From Candidatus Woesearchaeota archaeon (GTDB lineage Archaea; Nanobdellota; Nanobdellia; Woesearchaeales; JAWBMQ01): a stretch of DNA of 52,084 bases. Made by a program: the position numbers and the translations under genes. The first letter of the stretch is position 1, and each line of letters begins with the position of its first letter. This document shows, piece after piece, positions 47,525 through 52,084 of this stretch. Where the stretch lies: positions 1 to 52,084 of the forward strand of contig JAWBMQ010000007.1 of the NCBI GenBank assembly GCA_038828875.1. Reading direction: 5' to 3'. The notes under the pieces were generated by a model that worked only from the letters and a program-made list of their open reading frames with translations, made no database searches and was not told the DNA's origin.

Positions 47525-50365
47525 ATGAAGAATTCAAAAATTATATTTTTGTTTATATTAGCTTTGAGTATGATAAATAGTATTTTTGCTTTGAATTTAA
47601 ATATTTCTCCAATAGCAAAAGATAACGTAGTAGTAAAAACTGAAGCAGAAGAATTTAATATTACTGTCTTAGTAGATTCTTTGGCAAATGTTTCTATTAA
47701 TATCACTAATTCTTCAGATGATGTTGTTTATAGTTATAAAATAGAAGGTGTGGGTGAAATTAATTTTTCTGTGAATTTCTCTGATAAAGATGATGATTTT
47801 TACACGGTTCTTGTTTTTGCAAATAATAGCGTGGATATAGTTTTTAACTTTTCAGGATTCTATCTATTTACTAAAAATATGAGCGAGCTTTATAATCTAT
47901 TAAACGATTCTGAAACTACTCAATTGAATGAAATCGATGATTGGAATAGTGTTCAAAATGTTAAATTTACAACATCTATAGGAAAAATTGAATTTAATGA
48001 ACCTATAAATTTTACAGATAATAAAACAATTCAGGCATTGCTTAATTTATCTCAGTATTTTTTAATGTTAGCTCAACAAAAAAATGTAATAATTGGCTTA
48101 GATTCTGCGGAAACAGCGTTATTTGCATTGAATAAAACTGCTAATGTTACGGTCTTTAATTATTCTCAATATAATATAAAAATACCTAAAATTCTTAGAG
48201 ATGGACTAGAATGTAGTGATTGTCAAATTCTTAACATGAATGAAGATTTAACTTTTCAAGTTCCTCATTGGAGTAATTATACTGTTACTCAAACACCAGC
48301 AAATGTAACTGATGTTACCTTAAATCAAACAAGTATTAATTTAGAAAATAGATTGTTAGAAATAAATATAACAATGAGTCAAGAAATGAACACATCGGTT
48401 AATTTAACAGTTGTTCTAAGTCTTAGCGGTAGTTGGGTTTCAGGAGATTGGGTTAATAAAACATTATGGCAAGGAGTTTATAATTTTAGTGAAAATTTAA
48501 ATGCTAATACAGTTCAAATTAACATTAGTGATGGAGTAGATGAAACAGGAACAGTGATGTTACCAAATATTACAATTAAGAATTTGAATGTAGATACGAA
48601 GAAACCAATAGCCACAATAACTTTTAATAGAACTTTGATAAATTTAGATAATAAGGAATTAAAAGTGACAGTTTCATTTGATGAAAATATGAATACAGCA
48701 GTAACTCCAACAGTTAGTTTAAGTGGAGTAGATAGTAGTAATTATATATCACAATCACAATGGAAAAATAATGGAGAAGTTTATGAAGTTACTTATACAT
48801 TTAAAGAAGGAGTAGAATTAATAGAAAATTTGACATTTACAATTAGTGGAGGAAAAGATTTAGCAGGAAATGGGATGGCTTCAGCTCAAAAAACTGAAGA
48901 AGTAACTATAGATACGAAGAAGCCGACAGCGACAATAACAATAGATGCTCCAAATGTAATTAATTTAACTAACAGGACTTTAATAATCAATGTAAGTTTT
49001 GATGAAAATATGAGTACTAATGAGAATTTAACAGTTGATGTAAATGTTAGTGGTAATTGGTTAAGTAGGAATTGGGTTAATGCAACATTATGGCAAGGAC
49101 TGTATGAAGTTGCACAAGGAGTAGAATCTGTAGGAGTTAAATTTACAATTAGTGGAGGAAAAGATTTAGCAGGAAATGGGATGGATTCAACTGAACAAAC
49201 AAAAGAAGTAATGATAGATACAATAGCACCACAGATAATAAGTATTAGTGTAAATCCTGCTCAAGTAACTACAATGCAGCAAGTACAAGCAGGAGTTAAT
49301 ATTACTCTTACATTTAATTCAAGTAGATTAGATGATGGAACTATTAATTGTAGTTTACAAAAAGATGGAATTATTAATGTTAATTCAGGATGGAATAAGC
49401 AAGCTTCAATAGTGTTGAATTCAGGAAACATAGGTAGCTTAGGAAATGGAAATGTTAGTGTTACGTGTATTGTTGTTGATAACGCAGGAAATGAACATAC
49501 TTTAAGTACATCATTCATTAAAAATGTATCTACTCCAGTTATAAAGTATGCATATTTTGTAGATAACGATAAAGATGGAGTTGTAGGTGATAATGATGAA
49601 ATTGTTGTGGTATTTGATCAAGAAGTAAGTAACAATCAAGAAACAAATGCAAGTTTGATTTTCAGTATTGAAGGAGTGAATTTAGAGAATAGTACAATTT
49701 CTGTTCAAGGAACAAAGGTTACTATAACCCTTCAAGATGTTACAAATTTCGTAGAAGATATTAAAAACTCAAATAAGATAATTTCAGTAAAACAAGGTCA
49801 AAAGAATTTAACAAAGAAAGATACAGTTGATCCAGCAACAGGAAGTGCAGTTATTGCATTTGGTAAAGTAGATATTAGCAATGGAGTTATATTTTCAGTA
49901 CCAAGTTGTGTAAATATGAATATGATAAATTCAGCAATTGGTACAAGAACAGGTACATTCCAAGAATATACAATAAATAAAACCTGGAAAACAGCAACAA
50001 GATTTGAGCCATTAAAAGGCTACAAGTATGTAGGAACTGAAACATTTGAAATGCCAATTTATACAAATTCAAGTGCATGTGACTTTTTAAATCAAACTTT
50101 GAAAGTGAACAATGGATTTAGTTTGCTAGGTTTGAATTCATTTAGAAAAGAATTATTTAATGATTGGTTAGTAACATTGACAAGAAAGAGTAAAGTTGAG
50201 GCATTTGTTCCATGGATTTTAGATAAAGATGGAAAAGCAGTAGTAGTTTATGACTTAAATTCAGGATTTCCTGGCTATATAGAACCATTTGAAGCATATT
50301 GGATTTGGTATAGTGGAACAACTGAAGTTTTATTTAAGGGCATAGTAGAATTAACTCCTCAATAA
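47525..50365 (+). CDS. Secreted surface glycoprotein (S-layer/adhesin-like) with tandem Ig-like domains
   Basis: Signal peptide; many NxS/T sequons; about 100-aa repeats (DTKKP...VSFDENM...GKDLAGN); DNDKDG Ca-binding-like loop. Confidence 0.8.
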   Translation: MKNSKIIFLFILALSMINSIFALNLNISPIAKDNVVVKTEAEEFNITVLVDSLANVSINITNSSDDVVYSYKIEGVGEINFSVNFSDKDDDFYTVLVFANNSVDIVFNFSGFYLFTKNMSELYNLLNDSETTQLNEIDDWNSVQNVKFTTSIGKIEFNEPINFTDNKTIQALLNLSQYFLMLAQQKNVIIGLDSAETALFALNKTANVTVFNYSQYNIKIPKILRDGLECSDCQILNMNEDLTFQVPHWSNYTVTQTPANVTDVTLNQTSINLENRLLEINITMSQEMNTSVNLTVVLSLSGSWVSGDWVNKTLWQGVYNFSENLNANTVQINISDGVDETGTVMLPNITIKNLNVDTKKPIATITFNRTLINLDNKELKVTVSFDENMNTAVTPTVSLSGVDSSNYISQSQWKNNGEVYEVTYTFKEGVELIENLTFTISGGKDLAGNGMASAQKTEEVTIDTKKPTATITIDAPNVINLTNRTLIINVSFDENMSTNENLTVDVNVSGNWLSRNWVNATLWQGLYEVAQGVESVGVKFTISGGKDLAGNGMDSTEQTKEVMIDTIAPQIISISVNPAQVTTMQQVQAGVNITLTFNSSRLDDGTINCSLQKDGIINVNSGWNKQASIVLNSGNIGSLGNGNVSVTCIVVDNAGNEHTLSTSFIKNVSTPVIKYAYFVDNDKDGVVGDNDEIVVVFDQEVSNNQETNASLIFSIEGVNLENSTISVQGTKVTITLQDVTNFVEDIKNSNKIISVKQGQKNLTKKDTVDPATGSAVIAFGKVDISNGVIFSVPSCVNMNMINSAIGTRTGTFQEYTINKTWKTATRFEPLKGYKYVGTETFEMPIYTNSSACDFLNQTLKVNNGFSLLGLNSFRKELFNDWLVTLTRKSKVEAFVPWILDKDGKAVVVYDLNSGFPGYIEPFEAYWIWYSGTTEVLFKGIVELTPQ
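48835..49184 (+). repeat. 44-bp exact direct repeat (48835-48878 and 49141-49184) within Ig-like repeats
   Basis: ATTTACAATTAGTGGAGGAAAAGATTTAGCAGGAAATGGGATGG occurs twice, 306 bp apart. Confidence 0.9.
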
Positions 50366-50384
50366 AATACTAAGGTGAAAAAAG

Positions 50385-51632
50385 ATGAAAAAATTTGTTT
50401 TTTTTGTTTTTTTCTTTAGCATTTTATCAGCAATAGCATTAGAATTGCCTAAAGATCCTCATGTTTTTTATGGGACTGTAAAATTAAACAATAACGCAGT
50501 TTCAGGTGTTCTGAAATTGTACGTTAATGATGTTTATCAAGATCAAATTTCAGTTGTTAATGGTAAATTTGGAGGTTCAGGAGTTTTTGATTCTAAATTA
50601 ACAGCAACTGGAAAGAATGGAGATAATATTACTTTTGAATTGATTGTTAATTGTTATTCTACTAATAAAATAACTAAAACATATCAAGAGGGAAAAGTAG
50701 AAGAAATCACCTTAAGTTTTACAGGAACATATACTTGTAAAAAAGAACCGACTACAACTTTGCCATCAGAATTTCCTCAAGAGTTACCTCAGCCAGAATC
50801 TGATTTCAAAAAGGAGATCTTTAATTTGTTAAAAGATCAGACAAAAAATGATGAGTTACTTAAGGAAATCATTGAAACTTATGAAAACATCTTTAAATTA
50901 CTCACAGAAGATAAGATAAAAAATACTTTAGTTATCGAAGATCCATCAAAGATTCCAGATATAAGTGATTATAGAATAGATTTTGTTCTTCAAATTCCAA
51001 TTCAAGATCTAACGATTAAGGAATCTACAATACTTACCCGAGAGATTGAGAATAAAGTTCTCAGTGGATTGTTCAGAGAATTTGGTACTAATTATAAGAT
51101 AGATCCTTTAAGTGTTAGAACAAGGGCAACACTTTTCCTAGGAAAAGGTGATTTGAGAGATGTAATTCTATTAAAGTATGAAATAATTACTTCGGAGAAA
51201 ACAGTTGTTATGTATATTCCTAAAACAGTTGCGGAATCAACAGATTTTCTAATTGGAAATTTTACTGTAATAGAAAAGGATCCAATAATTCTTTTTGAGA
51301 ATCAAGCTAAGATAGAGCTTTTAATAAATGTAAAATCAGCTAGTGAGTTGCAACAAAAAATTAAGGATTTATCAGCTATAGTAATCACAAAGCTTGCAGA
51401 AGTTCAGAAACAGCCTGAAATCAAACCCCCTGAACAGCCCAAGCCACCTTCAAAAGAAGAACCTCAACAGCCTCAAGTTACTGAGGAAAAACCTCAAGAA
51501 GAAATACCACAGATAAGCAAACAAGTGGAAGAAAAACCAAAGATTTGGTTGTATTTAATTATAGCAGTTATTATAGCGCTACTATTAATCTTGGCAGCAA
51601 CAATGCTAAAAAAATCAAAAACTAAGCAATAA
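50385..51632 (+). CDS. Membrane-anchored surface protein with Pro/Glu/Gln-rich stalk
   Basis: Signal peptide, beta-rich N-domain, PEQPKPP linker, C-terminal TM + basic tail; GGTGA RBS. Confidence 0.82.
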   Translation: MKKFVFFVFFFSILSAIALELPKDPHVFYGTVKLNNNAVSGVLKLYVNDVYQDQISVVNGKFGGSGVFDSKLTATGKNGDNITFELIVNCYSTNKITKTYQEGKVEEITLSFTGTYTCKKEPTTTLPSEFPQELPQPESDFKKEIFNLLKDQTKNDELLKEIIETYENIFKLLTEDKIKNTLVIEDPSKIPDISDYRIDFVLQIPIQDLTIKESTILTREIENKVLSGLFREFGTNYKIDPLSVRTRATLFLGKGDLRDVILLKYEIITSEKTVVMYIPKTVAESTDFLIGNFTVIEKDPIILFENQAKIELLINVKSASELQQKIKDLSAIVITKLAEVQKQPEIKPPEQPKPPSKEEPQQPQVTEEKPQEEIPQISKQVEEKPKIWLYLIIAVIIALLLILAATMLKKSKTKQ

Positions 51633-51833
51633 ATTTTAGTATATTTAAAAAATTAATACATCTATAACGAACATAAGGAGTTTTAAATTGAAATGTAAAA
51701 ATAATTTTTTTGTTTTAAGTGAACAAATTTATTTAAGTAATTTTAAACGGGATCTTCAGTTATATGCTTAATAATTTTTAATATATATTAATGGCAATGT
51801 GAATTTTGTAAAAATACGAAAGCTTTTGTATAT

Positions 51834-52084
51834 TTATTTCTTAATTATAGTCTGTTGATTTAAATGGTCTAAGAAGTTGATTTCTTCCGAAGTCATCTCT
51901 TTCAAAGGAAGTAGTTTTCTACAGCGAAGCTCTCTGTTATATTCCTTAATTGGTAAATTTATAAATAAATCAATATAATAATATATAGAAGGGTAAAGAT
52001 GGAAGATGAAATATCCAAAGCGATATTTAGAAACAAAAGAAGTTGAAAAAGAGTCAATAAAATTGTAAAAGATACAACTAAAAC
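51834..52084 (-). CDS. 3' end of a gene entering from the right edge (unknown)
   Basis: Frame open from the edge to TAA at 51836-51834: ...FSCIFYNFIDSF...KEMTSEEINFLDHLNQQTIIKK*. Confidence 0.45.
   Translation of the reverse strand, partial: FSCIFYNFIDSFSTSFVSKYRFGYFIFHLYPSIYYYIDLFINLPIKEYNRELRCRKLLPLKEMTSEEINFLDHLNQQTIIKK

Noticed and set aside
2433-50078. Short ORF-track entries antisense to or nested in long genes (e.g. 2433, 5122, 6650, 10029, 19594, 23065-23835, 24478, 27859, 30913, 33318, 36479, 40891, 42289, 45868, 49261)
   Set aside because: Shadow frames of real genes, with no recognisable motifs.
1-52084. CRISPR array, rRNA, integrase/provirus, alternative genetic code
   Set aside because: No regularly spaced repeats, long GC-rich tract or viral hallmark genes were seen; conserved genes are full length in the standard code.

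Overview
Very AT-rich, gene-dense chromosomal segment of an archaeon, most likely DPANN (Woesearchaeota/Nanoarchaeota-like). The basis is archaeal markers (Top6A, GatE, Bud32, Pcc1, Rpo12, eL43, prefoldin beta, UPF0147), GGTGA ribosome-binding sites, TATA-like promoters and a KKGQ class III signal peptide. Housekeeping content: R15P isomerase, class II aldolase, tRNA-Pro(TGG), bacterial-type ThrRS, Dus, Lhr helicase, and B12-dependent NrdJ with CobO. Two accessory systems stand out. (1) Three exported or membrane-anchored lytic transglycosylase (GH23/SLT) proteins lie within 10 kb, two with LysM domains and one lacking the catalytic Glu. These are peptidoglycan-directed proteins in a lineage with no peptidoglycan, suggesting a bacterial host or prey. 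(2) A tandem A-B-A'-B' array encodes four related exported proteins of unknown family. It is a mosaic of near-identical DNA tracts with distinct codon usage plus a shared hypervariable segment, consistent with gene-conversion-driven diversification. Also present: a stand-alone Dph2 N-terminal fragment, a coiled-coil + AAA pair, a possible stand-alone CARF protein next to a membrane-tethered RelE-like domain, two tandem PD-(D/E)xK nucleases and several large surface proteins. No CRISPR array, rRNA or reverse transcriptase was seen. All family assignments come from motif recognition by eye, not database searches.
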